NCBI RefSeq assembly: GCF_964355755.1
Contig: NC_092680.1
Span: 18,485,045-18,549,044 of the forward strand
DNA: 64,000 nt
Reading direction: 5' to 3'
DNA from: Antedon mediterranea
Lineage: Eukaryota > Animalia > Echinodermata
In this document: piece after piece, positions 24,201 to 37,300 of the stretch
Layout: the number at the start of each line of letters is the position of its first letter
How positions within the stretch are numbered: the first letter of the stretch is position 1
Program-made: the position numbers and the translations under genes
The notes under the pieces: generated by a model
What the model was told of the DNA's origin: nothing
The model's database searches: none
The model's input: only the letters and a program-made list of their open reading frames with translations

Positions 24201-27200
24201 GTTGTGTTAAAAGCTTTTTGAAAATGAACAACCTATCAAACCCAGGCCTTGTCTTTTGAAAATTGCATGCATGCTACAAATTAGAATCTTAAACAAATTC
24301 AGGTGTGTTGTAGGTGTGCTGTTAGACTTGCCCCAAGTCTGTATTTATTGTCTTTTTTATGTTAGTCCACCAGTCATTCAATTTTTGTCTGAAAATACAA
24401 GCTCAAGTAGTATAAGTATGAAATGCCATATGTGCAAAAATATTTATCTTTTTACTAATATTATGTCAAAACTAATTTGCTGTTTGTATCTTGATCTGTT
24501 GAAATTTACCAAATTTAAGTGTGCTGTAAATGGCACACCTCAAGGGCATTTTAGGGGTGTGTTAGGTGAGTGACTCCACTCCTACGCCTCAAAAGGGCCT
24601 GCAAACCGTAACACTTAACAGTTTTTTGTTTGAAGACAATGCATGTTAAGAATGGATATGGACCCATGAATTTATAGGTCCATGGACTAAGCATAACTTA
24701 TTCTTATTCTTTATTGCCAGTAAGTGGCAGGAAACACAAAAGGGAACTAAATCCCTATGACAAGAGCCTGTGAATCCTCTTACCAAGTAGCACATAAAGA
24801 TAAAATATAGCATTTCAAGAAATATATCAGAAAATATCCGCACAAGAAATATCAAAAAACCATTCATAAAATACAAAAACAAGCAGAAAAGTAAAAACAC
24901 TTAACCTTTTTAGTTAAAAGACATTGGTCTTTAGATATTGAAATTTGTTATTTGTTTACACTGGAGGAACCCAAAGGGTGAAGCTCAGCTTAGAACATAT
25001 TTTGCACCTAATTCGTTTCAAAGAGAATGCGTCATAAGAAGATAATAGGGCGCATTGGAAACAGGCGATGCGGCAGTACAGTGTGCGACGTGCAACCGAG
25101 TGCAATTTACAGTGAGCATGCAGATACAAGAAAACTTGCCTGAACAGGCAATGTTATTTGGCCAATATGGCATTGCCTGTAGGGAGGCAACGAGGGGTGT
25201 TTGTGACTTGTGTGTTGCACACTGCCGCGTCACCTGTTTCGAAAGCTCCCTAATGTTCGCTGTTGCAATGTATAGGTTGTATTTTCTACAACACTCCCTC
25301 TTAAACATTTCTTGTCATAACGGCAAAGCTATTTGAATTATAATATATAGTCATCTTTGTTTAACTAACTATTATATAAAGCATTGACATATTTAATGAA
25401 TAAGTACACTAGATAAACACTTATCTTTATACACACAACCAATGCATAGAATCTATAATATTCCTTATGACCATTTACACAGGTCATGGAGCGGATCGGC
25501 GGTTTCCACTCAGGATAAATACAGATTATACGTGGGACAAGCTATGCGGTTACTGCTCGTCTGTGTAAATTGGCTTTTAGTAAAAGCGAAATCATAAAAT
25601 AAAAGGAAATTACGAGTTTTAACATTTTAACAAAATTGTCATTGTATGCAATTTGATAATATAAAAATCAACCTTTTTACAATGGGTTCTGTAAAATAAT
25701 GATTTTCATTTCACACTGTAGTTGTGACCTAATATTTAAAGGATGATTATCAATGAATACCTTACTTGTAGATGATTAGTTTTGTTTCATTAGTAAATCA
25801 ATATTGTTAATAATAAATTTAATTTATTTTTAATATACATTATTGATTATCATTGTAATACTCTATTTGCATATTGATTGATTGAATATCCAATTCTAAT
25901 TAAAAAATTTAAGACATTGATCTTGTAATGTCACAGTAAATTGTCACGTTCATTTTGGAATACGTTGCCTATATAATTTAAATTTTAAAGATTAGGAAAA
26001 CTTTTAAACTAGTTCCTGATTGTTGTAAGTATACAGTAATATAATAATATATATATATAATAATGTATGTGATAAAGAATCACAGTCTGTGGATTTTTTA
26101 GTGTTGTTTTAGAGATGATCGTTGATTACCATTATTTGTCTCGTCTAGACTCAAGAGTACGCCGAAAGCATGAACAAGAGTGTGATAGCTCCAACAAAGA
26201 CCAAAATGAACGACGGGACTCTATGGAGTGATCTGTCTTCCGGCACTAAATCATGGGCCTCCAAGGTATGTAAGATATGAATTGGATTGTAGCCGCAGAG
26301 CTTAAATAGCCTACATTGTCACTATCTGACTAGTCTGACACTCTATTCAGTGAGGGCATGTGACGCAGTGTGTTGGTCGTTGGATTACTGATCAAGGTTC
26401 AAATTCTGTCGCCGCATTGCTTGTATACTTAAGCAAGATACTTTACAATACTTGCCTCTCTCCACCGAGGTATATAAAATGGGTACCGATTAGATCAAGA
26501 CACAACTTTGCGCTGATTACTAGCTGCATTATGGGAGTATGTTTCCATACGCGTTTGATCCAAAAAATGACCAGGGTAATAATGTGCAGCGCATAATGTG
26601 CAGCGCATTGAGAGCTTGCTTATATGCGCTATATAAGAATGAACTATTATTAGAGTCACAAAGTTGTAATGTCTAATTGCCATCTTTACAGGTTGCATCA
26701 TCAACATCAAAAGGTTGGAAAGAAATGTCAAAGATGTTGACGGACACTGGTGGCCACGAAGCTCTAGAGAACACCTCACCAACTGATGACCCCTTGATTG
26801 ATTTTGGAGATTGGGAAGGCAAAGAGGAACGTGATCGTCTACGGTAAATAATAGAGACATTTTTGTTATCTCCAGTCGCCAATCTAGCAAGACTGAAATA
26901 AATGTTTAATTTATATCATGATGATATATACTTGTGGCATCCTGCATTTTGAAAAATTTGTTATGAATTATTATTACGATATGATGTCAAGCTATTTCCC
27001 TTAAATATTTATTTTTTGATTTATTAAACTTTGTTTAATGAGGTAGACTCATAACAGCCGAGGCTGACAGGCATGCCCTCAACACTTTAAAAAACAGGAA
27101 CTATACAAACACGAAAACTGAGAAAAAGAAAGACAAATGGGGATATAAATAGACCAGAAAGGATGAAAAAAAAAATATATATAGAGAGCCAAACTCATGT

Positions 27201-28990
27201 ATACGCATACCTATCCGTGTTACAACAATTATAACTTTTTTCATTTGGGCAAAATTATTTTATGTACTGTTAGAGAAATAAAGTTATGTAGGAGGTAGGC
27301 ATACCCTACTATATGTTGATCGAATCTGCGTATCTAGCCTCGGTTCATTGCATTGACATATCTAGCCTAGATATGTCAATGCAATGAACCTAGGCATATC
27401 TAGCCAGGCATAGCCTAGGTTCATCGCATCAGTGTATCTAGCCTAGGTTGATCACATCAGTGTATCTAGCCTAGGTTGATCACATCAGTGTATCTAGCCT
27501 AGGTTGATCACATCAGCGTATCTAGCCTAGGTTGATCGCATCAGTGTATCTAGCTTAGGTTCATCACATCGTCGTATCTAGCCTAGGTGTAGCCTAGGTT
27601 CATCGCATATAGCCTAGGTTTATCACATTGGCATATCTAGCCTAGGTTCATCGCATCGTCGTATCTAGCCTAGGTGTAGCCTAGGTTCATCGCATATAGT
27701 CTAGGTTCATCACATCGGCATATCTAGCCTAGGTTCATCGCATCGTTGTATCTAGCCTAGGCCTAGCCAACATATTTTTACTTCTTGAAATATTTTTATA
27801 CTAGAACAAAAATAAAAGTTGTTGAATAATTTATGTTTAAGATTTTCTGATAAAATGTGATCTGTACAACAATTTTCATCGAATCAAACGATAACCAACT
27901 TTCACTTTAAATTCTGTGTCTTTGAAAATTAATGCATCCTATTTATCAACAGATCACTGGACTCTCATAAGAATGACACACCTCTTTTGCACAATGAGCC
28001 ATCGCCTGTGCGACAACAGAGTGACGAATGGAAGACCGATGGCTGGGGAGGCTGGGATGATGATGATGACAACATTGATGACAATCCATTTAATCAAAAG
28101 AAGAATAAGATGGTTAATGATGGATGGGGATCATGGGAAGAAGAGGAAGAAGGAAACCTACTGATAAATAAAAGGTATAGCTTTTATACACGATACACAC
28201 ACAGTATCATGTCTAGCGACAATAAACATCCCGCAGTATCATGTCTAAAGCTGTCTACACTATCAAACTAGTTTGACCAAAAAACCGATATGACATTATC
28301 ATGTCCATATATGAGGCACATCACATTTTCTTGTCACATAAAGTTTGATAGTGTAGACAGAGCTTAAGGGCAATAAACATCTTGCATTTATGTCTAGCAA
28401 CATTAAGCATCCTGCAGTTATCATATCTAGTGACAATAAACATCCTGCAGTATCATGTCATCTGACAGCAGTCTTCATCCCATATGTAATACTGTAGTAT
28501 AGTGAGATTCAAAGGGTAGGATAAGTTGACACAGTAGAACCCCTGTTAATGGAACACCTTCGTGACCCAATAAACTTCACCCATAAGGGGTGTCCCCTGA
28601 ATGTGGGTTGGTCATAGTAAACCATATTTTTTCACAGGAAAGTGTCTCCTTAATATATAGGATTTGCATGAGCGTCCATGCTACACATGAGAATTTATGA
28701 TAAAAGCTCTCTGATTGGTTGCTATGTTGGGCAGGTCAAAGATATTTTAAGAGAGTTGAATACAGTATATGACTTTGTAAACCCAAACCATAAATTGATT
28801 TTATATCTCGTTTTACTTTAATTAATAATATCTCTATCCTTTATTATTCAGCAAATCTAACACAAAATCAAAGAAGACAACACTAGAAGACACGTGGGAT
28901 GATGCTGGTGGTTGGGATGATGCAGCATGGGAAGCAGTCGAACAAGAGGTCAAGAAAGCACCAAAGACAAAGTTAAAAAAGGGAGATTGA
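13904..28990 (+). CDS. ARFGAP1: ADP-ribosylation factor GTPase-activating protein 1, 12 coding exons
   Basis: Exons 13904-13963 ([14 protein letters not shown]), 14248-14357 (zinc finger [35 protein letters not shown]), 14860-15031 ([24 protein letters not shown]), 15496-15692, ~16102-16170, 16719-16827 ([14 protein letters not shown]), 17583-17639 ([13 protein letters not shown]-like), 21681-21713, 26149-26265, ~26692-26843, ~27952-28173, 28852-28990 (stop TGA). All GT-AG and phase-compatible. Confidence 0.95.
19107..19398 (-). mobile_element. tRNA-derived Deu/Nin-like SINE copy
   Basis: Reverse complement matches 5559-5876 (TCGAGTGAGTGGCCGAGCGGTTAAGAC head; GTCTTCTCGGATAAGGACTATAAACCGTAGGTCC core). 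Confidence 0.78.
19590..19939. mobile_element. MITE, TIR AGGCCCATTTACACTAGG
   Basis: 18-bp perfect terminal inverted repeat plus imperfect internal inverted symmetry. Confidence 0.75.
22082..22358. mobile_element. Foldback MITE with ~100-bp arms, TIR TAGCTTACCTGGATAAAC
   Basis: 22082-22182 is an imperfect reverse complement of 22266-22358; a collapsed copy lies at 23390-23427. Confidence 0.8.
26352..26652 (+). mobile_element. tRNA-derived SINE with CORE-like domain and L2-like tail
   Basis: GGTTCAAATT B-box, TTAAGCAAGATACTT..CTCTCTCCACCGAGGTATATAAAATGGGTAC core, GCGCTATATAAG..TATTATTA tail. Confidence 0.6.
27327..27767. repeat. ~23-bp minisatellite (GTATCTAGCCTAGGTTCATCGCA-like)
   Basis: Repeated TAGCCTAGGT core with higher-order variants. 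Confidence 0.9.
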
Positions 28991-29417
28991 TGACGGTTTC
29001 ATCCGGCGGTTATTTAATAGGCAGTTTGTAATTTGTGCGGAATTAGCACAAGAGAGTTTAAAATCTGGGACATACTGCAGTCATGTCAAGTTTATTTTTA
29101 TTTATTTTGGATGGTGTTATATTTAGGAATGTTGATAAATTGCCTGAAACGTTTTGCGACATCTTGTTCCATCATATTGAACATTAAAGTTGTTAAAACC
29201 GTCACTGTTATAGGCTTTGTACATGCAAAACTTGGCTGTTTGTTGCATTCAACATCTCGAAATGAAAACTCCTTATTAACCCTGGATGATTGTTATTATT
29301 AAATATTTAATATACGGTAAAACTCCTATTAAAGGGACACTTTTAAAACCTAACATGATTAATATGAGTGTCTTCATACTCTTAAAAGATATATTCATTC
29401 TGTTTTAAGGAATGCAT

Positions 29418-29862
29418 CCCTTTAATAGAGGTGTCCCTTTAATAGAGGTTTCCCTTTAATAGAGGTGGCCCTTTAATAGAGGTGTCCCTTTAATAGGGGT
29501 GTCCCATTAATAGGGGTGTCCCTTTAATAGGGGTGTCCCTTTAATAGAGGTTTCCCTTTAATAGAGGTGTCCCATTAATAGGGGTGTCCCTTTAATAGGA
29601 GTGTCCCTTTAATAGGGGTGTCCCATTAATAGGGGTGTCCCTTTAATAGGAGTGTCCCTTTAATAGGGGTGTCCCTTTAATAGGAGTGTCCCTTTAATAG
29701 GGGTGTCCCATTAATAGAAGTGTCCCTTTAATAGGAGTGTCCCTTTAATAGGGGTGTCCCATTAATAGGGGTGTCCCTTTAATAGGAGTGTCCCATTAAT
29801 AGGGGTGTCCCTTTAATAGGGGTGTCCCTTTAATAGGGGTGTCCCTTTAATAGGGGTGTCCC
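29418..29862. repeat. 17-bp minisatellite (GTGTCCCTTTAATAGGG), about 26 copies, downstream of the ARFGAP1 stop
   Basis: Directly visible; flanked by MITE-like termini. Confidence 0.95.
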
Positions 29863-31399
29863 AAAGAAAGGTTTTACTTTAAATATCCAGAATAACATTC
29901 ACATAATTGTATTAAAGGCACACTTGATTCAATTATTGTTCCAACCACTTCACCATTAACAAGTACTGTAATTCTAATCCATATTCCTCCAGTGAGCATA
30001 AATGTCATGCATGTATTGTATAATGCTAAATATGCTATAGGCTATACAGATTTTTTGTGTCAGATTTCCTGTAAATAAGTATCTTCAGTCAATAAGAAGA
30101 TCTCAAATATACATGTATGAACATATTGATGTACTGTATTTTTAATATGCAATCAATGGGGTTTTTTTTCAGTTGTCACCAACAGACTGTGTACACATAT
30201 TTTAGCCAATTTAATTGTGTGAAAAAAAAATACTACTGGTATATTTTTGGATGTAGATAATTGTATTCAAACACTTTATCTAAAGACTATATTAGCCTGG
30301 TTCATGATCTCACTAAAAACTTTTTTCTAAAATGTGTTTTAAAGGAGAGAATACAGGACCTCTAAAAGCATCTGTGTGAACGATCTGTAAACGGTTCATA
30401 CTGGACTGGCATCTATATTTTTTCTTCAAGATACTAGCAGTGTTTTAATGAAAAAATAAAAGCTTTATTTATCAAACCAGTTCTTTTTATCTTAAAGAAT
30501 GGATATTTTCATCTAAGATTTAAGCAGAATATATTCACAAATATTTGATTGGGTTATTTTGAAAACTGATTTTTAAGCAAAATATTTTTTTTTATTTTGT
30601 TGCTATTAAGAATGTTTGTTATTAATCCAGCCACTTGTGATTATCACTCTCATCTACTGACACCTGGCATTGTTGGTATTATTTAAATTAACTGTATTCT
30701 AATGTCATTAAGTTTAAAAATCCTATATTTTCCTCAATTGTAATTTTCTTTAAATGATTGATATATTGTCAATAAAAAATATGTATTGCCTAATAAGATA
30801 TTATACTGTATAAATAATAAATGTCAATAATTATTTTAAATTATGTGGCAATACATATTTAGTGTTTAGATTTAGTTCCATGATGTTAGCATGTAATACA
30901 GTAATAATTATAAATTTAATGTTATTTATTAATGAAATTTATTTTTTTCTGTGTTTTATTTACATGCTTGATAACATTTATTTTAACTAATTATCATAAT
31001 AAATCATAGGCACCAAAAGAGAGGGATGAACGAAGATGTGCTATACAGAGCAAATAATTCCAGATAATATATGATTATGCTATTTATTATAAGATTTGTA
31101 AAGACTTTACAAATTATTAATCTAAATTTCAACCCCCTCTTCCAAAAATTCTGTTGTCCCCTAATGTATTTTCCCCAATATGTAGGTTAATTAAATGTCA
31201 TACTCATATTGTTATTTGTTATTGTATGTAAAGCAATCAATGAGACGATTTTAATCAATTATTTTGGTCAATGTGTAATAAATTGGTTATATACAAGATT
31301 ATGATTATTATTATATACAAGATATTCATAGACTACAGTACTTTGAGGCATTCGAATCGGTCATTCATGTTAAACTGTGAAATGACAGAAATGGGCCTC

Positions 31400-32412
31400 A
31401 CTGTTGCATTCAGAGAGAGATCAGATGGAATGGTGATGACATGGATGGAGGAATTCAGCATAACAAAAAGTGTGAGACAAGGGTAGCCTCATCATATCTC
31501 TTTGTGACATGCACAGAGAAAGCAGCGGGATGCCAGTGTGGATCATTATGGTGTCAAAATAGGAGCCATACCAACTTCTAACCACCGTTATGCTGATGAC
31601 ACGAAAGTTTAACATCAGCGATAAAAGAGACCAGTAAAAAGATGAATCAAACTCAATGTGAAGAAAACAAAACTTCTTGTTGCTATGGGAGATGCAAAGA
31701 AGTATAATATCTTGATAGATGGATGAGAAGAAGTTAAACAGGTCAACAACTTCTAGACTCAATTAAAACTTGCACTGCAAACTGCACAAATCGCAAGGAT
31801 CGCAATGGCCAAAAGAAGGATGATATGAAGATGAAATTAACCAAAATCCTTGTACGGCTTGGAAGGCTGGACTGTTAAGAAAGGAGATGAGAGCTGAAAT
31901 GTGGTTCTGGAGAAGATTGCTAAACATCACATAGAAAGAGAAAAGAACAAACAACATACCTGAGGAACTTGGTGTGAAAAGACAACTGCTTGGGGAGAAT
32001 CGTGAAAAGAAAGTCAGCCTACTTTTGATCATAAGAGGAAGCGGCAGTGCACTAACACTGCAGATGATAGAAAGAAAGATAGAAGGGAAGAGAAAGAGAG
32101 GAAGTCAGAAGAAACAATGGTTTGATAACACAAAAGAATGGACTGGATTGAATTGAATTTAGTGCAAGCCAATTGGTGTCCTGCTCTAAACCTGCTTGGA
32201 AGAAAAATCCATATGTAAAGCTCTCTCTACACTATCAAACTAGTTTGACAAAAAAGTGTGATGTTCCCAAATATGGTAGTGATATGCTTAAGTATGGTAG
32301 TGATATGACATCATCGTGTCCATATATGGGCACATTAAATTTGTTTTGATAGTGTAGACAGAGCTTAAGATTTGAACAGATGGTAGCCAATCTTCAGTAT
32401 TGATGGCGCCCG
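31400..32412 (+). mobile_element. Decayed RTE-clade LINE (reverse transcriptase and C-terminal fragment), interrupted by a MITE
   Basis: Frameshifted motifs KSVRQG, RYADD (31586-31600), KLNVKKTK, AEMWFWRRLL, KIEGKRKRG..KQWFDNTKEWTG. Confidence 0.8.
32218..32367. mobile_element. Abundant ~150-190 bp MITE family, TIR AAGCTCTGTCTACACTATCAAA (PIF/Harbinger-like); representative copy
   Basis: TIR AAGCTCT(G/C)TCTACACTATCAAA...TTTGATAGTGTAGACAGAGCTT with internal AAATATGGTAGTGATATG repeats. Full or partial copies near 8395, 9674, 11282, 16198, 16846, 17749, 18840, 20715, 28248, 32218, 34814, 36812, 51167, 56505, 60063, 62910, 63170. Superfamily assignment is inferred from the termini. Confidence 0.85.
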
Positions 32413-34392
32413 AACTTGATTCAAGATCGCTTGATTTTAAGTGTTATTACTGGGATTTGATGAACATTTAATTTTGGCTCAATTTATTTAAACTAACCGC
32501 CCAGTACTTATCAATTCACACTTGCTTTTTGTCACAGTTAGTGAATCAGTTCACCTTCCTAAACTAATCATATTTAACATTTAAACGCCTTTGTAGGTAT
32601 GATTACCTTTATTTTTCAATACCAACTACTGTATTTTCAACAGGGTCCAGAAATCTATGCCACCGATATCGATGTAATGAAAGTATGTGTACTTTGCAAC
32701 TACTTAAGTTAGGCATTTTTCATCTTAGTTATTGTCTTTTTCATGTTAGTATGTCAGTCGGCCTTTATATTCAATTTGCATGCTTGTATTAAATTCAGTA
32801 TGCATGGATTGCTGTACTCAATCGTGTGTGTATATATATATAAAAAAATAATTATGGGACCTCAACTGTGTAAGGCTGGGTATAAAACCATTACACCAAA
32901 CTCGAATTCACAAGGTTGTAATGAAATTAGCCTAATCACAAACAGCATTAGACACAAAAATAAAACAAAATAGAAATCAAATTTTACAGTAGGTAGATTT
33001 ATGCACTCTCAGAGTTATCTGAAAATGACTTAATTTGAAGAAAAACAAAGGAAGCAATTTATAAATTTCTGAGTAGTTCATAGCATTTTATTTCAAAAAA
33101 TAAATAAAATAAAAAGGTAATCATAATTCTATTAAAAAATGTTATTAATTGAAGTGTGTATATGATAAGCTGACTCTATAATGGATAAAAACAATCTAAT
33201 TATTGCATTTAATTAATAAATTTGACTGCATTATATATATAAATAATTATTCTACACTGTCTATTAAAAAAGCATGTTTACTAAATTGAATATAAAAAAT
33301 TCTCAAATAATAGATAAAAATAACCTACCTACAATCTTTAACAAACAATTTTTAATGATTTAAATTTAATTTTGGAAAAGAAAAACCAGTTTTCAATTGC
33401 AGTTAAATTAAATTATTCCCATTTCCTTAAATACTAATAAATTTACATGGCTAAATACCATCAATACGTAATCTCATTCTAATGTTAACTGGGAATTATT
33501 ACAGTGCGTGGAATGCTTAATTTAAACTTACATTCATCAAATAAATTCAAATAATATGGCAAAAATAGCACTAGTTTAGGCAGGAATGAGATATTACGAT
33601 TAAAAATGCATTATGTTTTATATTCATGCAATAAAGTACTATATTTATATTCTAAATGGTACTTTTATTGTATAATAAAATACTATATTTCTGATATACA
33701 GTACACATGCACATGACTTTCCAATACAGTACAAAATGATATTTTCAAATTAATATTATCACCGAGCAGTTTAGAATTGATTCTAATGCCTATGTCTATG
33801 TTTTTGAATCAAAAGGCAAATTACTGAAAAGATGACAATGATGTGGGAAGCAGTGGCTGGATCTCAATAGAGATGCAAATAAAGTATAGCAAAAAGCTGA
33901 AATTAAAATGATAAAGTAAAACAGCCAGAAAGAAATTGCAGGGCTTTCAAGTAACACTAACCCTTCCTATTATTCCTTATTAATGTATGTTTTTTCATAA
34001 ATTACATTACAATTAAGAAATTTTATATATATATAATCTATATAAAATAAAATTTGATATTTGCCAAAATTTGCTGTGATTAATACAGTAGTATAATTTG
34101 ATCAAGGAGAGATAACCTTATTTGTCCATCATTTGACACACTTTATATATCCTTAACAAAACATAAGAATATTTGTAATTTTCATCAAAATATAACAAGC
34201 TTTTAGAATAACTATAAAAAATAGCAGCAAAAAAAAATGGTTGCAAATTGAATGTATGCAGAATTATTACTTTTTACACTAAATATTTGTATATACTGTA
34301 AATGACAATCACATTCTCTTCTTCGGTATTAGCTCATTATTTAATCAGGTTCTCTCGCGACAAAACGTCCACATTGAAATCAACTCGCGCAT

Positions 34393-37300
34393 TTAAACAT
34401 CTGGAATCGAGTGATCCATTGACTTCTTCACAAGACTACTTGACATGCTAAAAAAAGGAAAATTAAATGAAACATTTACAAGTTTGTATTGTAAACAGAT
34501 TATCACAATAGTTTATGTTTATTAGTAAACCGTAAAAATAAGACTTCAATTAAAAGAACTTAATTTTCAATCAATCATAATTGATTAATTTATTTTTAGG
34601 TGTTAGGGAAAAAATAAGTACTAAATACACGATCGTTAAATAGTACGTACTCTCGCATGCCATGTGACCCAAGATTGTTCAATCAAATGAAAGGAATTTA
34701 TTGAGACGTTATATAATATCAGATATTATTATTTCCAAATATCAAATAAATGTCAAATCAAAGGAGGGGTTCTACCATAGTTCCAATATGCTATTTTTAA
34801 AAACAGATCTATAGCTCTGTCTACATTATCAAATTGTATGTGACAAAAAAAAATGTAATGTGCCCATACATGGACATGATGATGTTATATCACTACCATA
34901 TTTGGGCATATCACTACCATATTTGGGCACATCACACGTCATTAGTTTGATAGTGTGAACAGATCTAAATCAATACCTTTTCATCATGTGATCATACACA
35001 AAGTTTGGCATAATGGTGATGGTTACAGTTCGAGGAGAATCTGCAAGGATTTTTGATACTTCTTTATCCTATAAAATTCAAAAAATTTGATTACAAAGTT
35101 AAAGCCAAGATTAAAAGTACAGATTGTATCAGTAAAAAGACACTTTTGAATTTAGCCTGTTAGATCTAAAACCAGATCTTACAAATAAAATGTACATTGT
35201 TTTTATTATATTATGGTTTTTGATAAACACCACAATCAACAAGCACATGATTTACCGTTTGTATAATTATTACTACACATCTGGAAAAAGTAAAAACTTG
35301 TTGCAACACTTCAAAAAATATCAGCAAGGCGCCAGTTTTTTATTTTCAGATGACCTAAGTTATTACTTACAAAGAATATTTAATAGCCTTTTACTTACAA
35401 ATCACAGTACATGAATACTACAGTATTCAAACTAATTGTTACTTATTACAATGTATGCATATGGGAAATGGGTATTAGTTTGATTGTAAATTAATAAAAT
35501 AATAATAATATCCTGGATTTATATAGCGCCTAATGTTGTGAAACCTCTAAGCGTTGAACAGTATTACCTCAGTCATTTTTTTCTGATCAAACACGTATGC
35601 AAACATACTCCCATAAGAAAATAATAAACATTTGGAATTGCCCAATAATTAATTATTTTAAACATAATAATTGTCAATTCATTTAATTAGGTATTAGAAT
35701 AAAAATATATTAGTTGTCTCACCTTTAGACCAATGACATTTTGGCCATTGACCTCGAGCAAAGCATGGTCAATCAACAGACCATTCCTAGCGGCCGATGT
35801 CTCTTTTGCAATGGCTGTGATTTTACCATTCTTGAAAACAAATCCAACATAACCAGCGCTGTCTTTCTGCAGTGTAATTGTTCTTTCAAATGGTCTACAA
35901 AGAAAAAATTAACATGTAATTCATTATTATTAATACTTGCTGGTACCTAGATTCAAGGTATTATCCTGTGAATTTATGTTGAAGTATGCTGATGATATAT
36001 TGAGAATTTTAATACCATGCCGGATTTATCAAAGTTGCTTCGGAAAAAAAATTGTATTAACTTTGCCTTAACTCATTGATTTTGCTTAAATCAGATTTAT
36101 AAATATATATAAGCCAAAATATTTGCTTAATTTTGCTGCCCTCTAGAGTTTAATTTTGCGCATGCGCAAAGTAAAATTTACCTAAGACAATTTTTCTGCT
36201 AAAAGTTATTTGCTTAAGCGCTCCCTAAATATTTCAGGTTAAGCAAAAATATAAGCAGATATTGATGAATGCCAACCCAGGTCTCCCTACCTAGTGTCTC
36301 GATATTATTACTCATCATATTCCAAGTAATCTCCTATCGCTCGCTAAGGTGCAATTTCTCCTGACATTATATATAAAACATCGCAAATTTATGATTTATG
36401 CTTTTCTACTACTACTTACTAGGTATCTTTTGGTGACCTAAAGGTGACAAATATGTTGGAAACTAGTTTTCCACTGTGCACATTGGCCTGCTGTATTGCC
36501 ATGCTTTGGAGAGGTCTTAGCATACGGTACCCATTATTTACTATGCTGATCGCCAATATTATAAAAGAGCACCCTCTATGTTTGGATGTATGATAGCCCT
36601 TCATTTGTCCGGCCTTGCTTGATAAATCAACTGATATTTCATGTTCCCTAGCTAGTACGACTGCAACTACTAACAATATGTGTACTTAGTATTGAAGTAG
36701 AGAAAGAGAAAATATCCTAACCGGGAAATAATGTTTGAACTTTCATTTTTAACAAATAATGATAACCAAATAAAAGCAGGAAATGATGATCAGGCTACCT
36801 TTGACCTCAATTCTCTGTCTACACTATCACACTTGATGTGATAACAAAAATGTGATGTGCCCACATATGGACATGATGATGTCATATCACTACCATATTT
36901 GGGCATATCACTACCATATTTTGGCACATCATACTTTTTTTTGTCAAACTAGTTTGATAGTGTAGACAGAGCTTTAGACTAGCATCAAACTGAAAATGGC
37001 AGAATGTTGTAACTAAAAGTAAAACCACAAATTAAAAAACAAAATGCTTACCGATCTCTGACAGCGAAGGTAATTCGTTGTTCATCAGCTTTCTTAAGGA
37101 TACTCATCGCCTTGTCTCTGCTCCAACCAGCAACATTTGAGCCATTTATCTGCAGAAGCTGATCTCCAAACCTCAGGCCACCCATAGCAGCTGGTGAACC
37201 AGACAATACAAATGCTACAAAAATTCCCTGAAATAAATTTGAACCATTGTTAACCACCACTATACCCAAACAAGGTTACAAATATCAGTATTTTTAAGTA

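Noticed and set aside
25018-25336. Overlapping Cys-rich ORFs on both strands
   Set aside because: No recognisable domain or splice context; looks like the GC-richer interior of a small non-autonomous element.
29418-29862. CRISPR-like regular array
   Set aside because: Head-to-tail units with no unique spacers, no cas genes, eukaryotic context.
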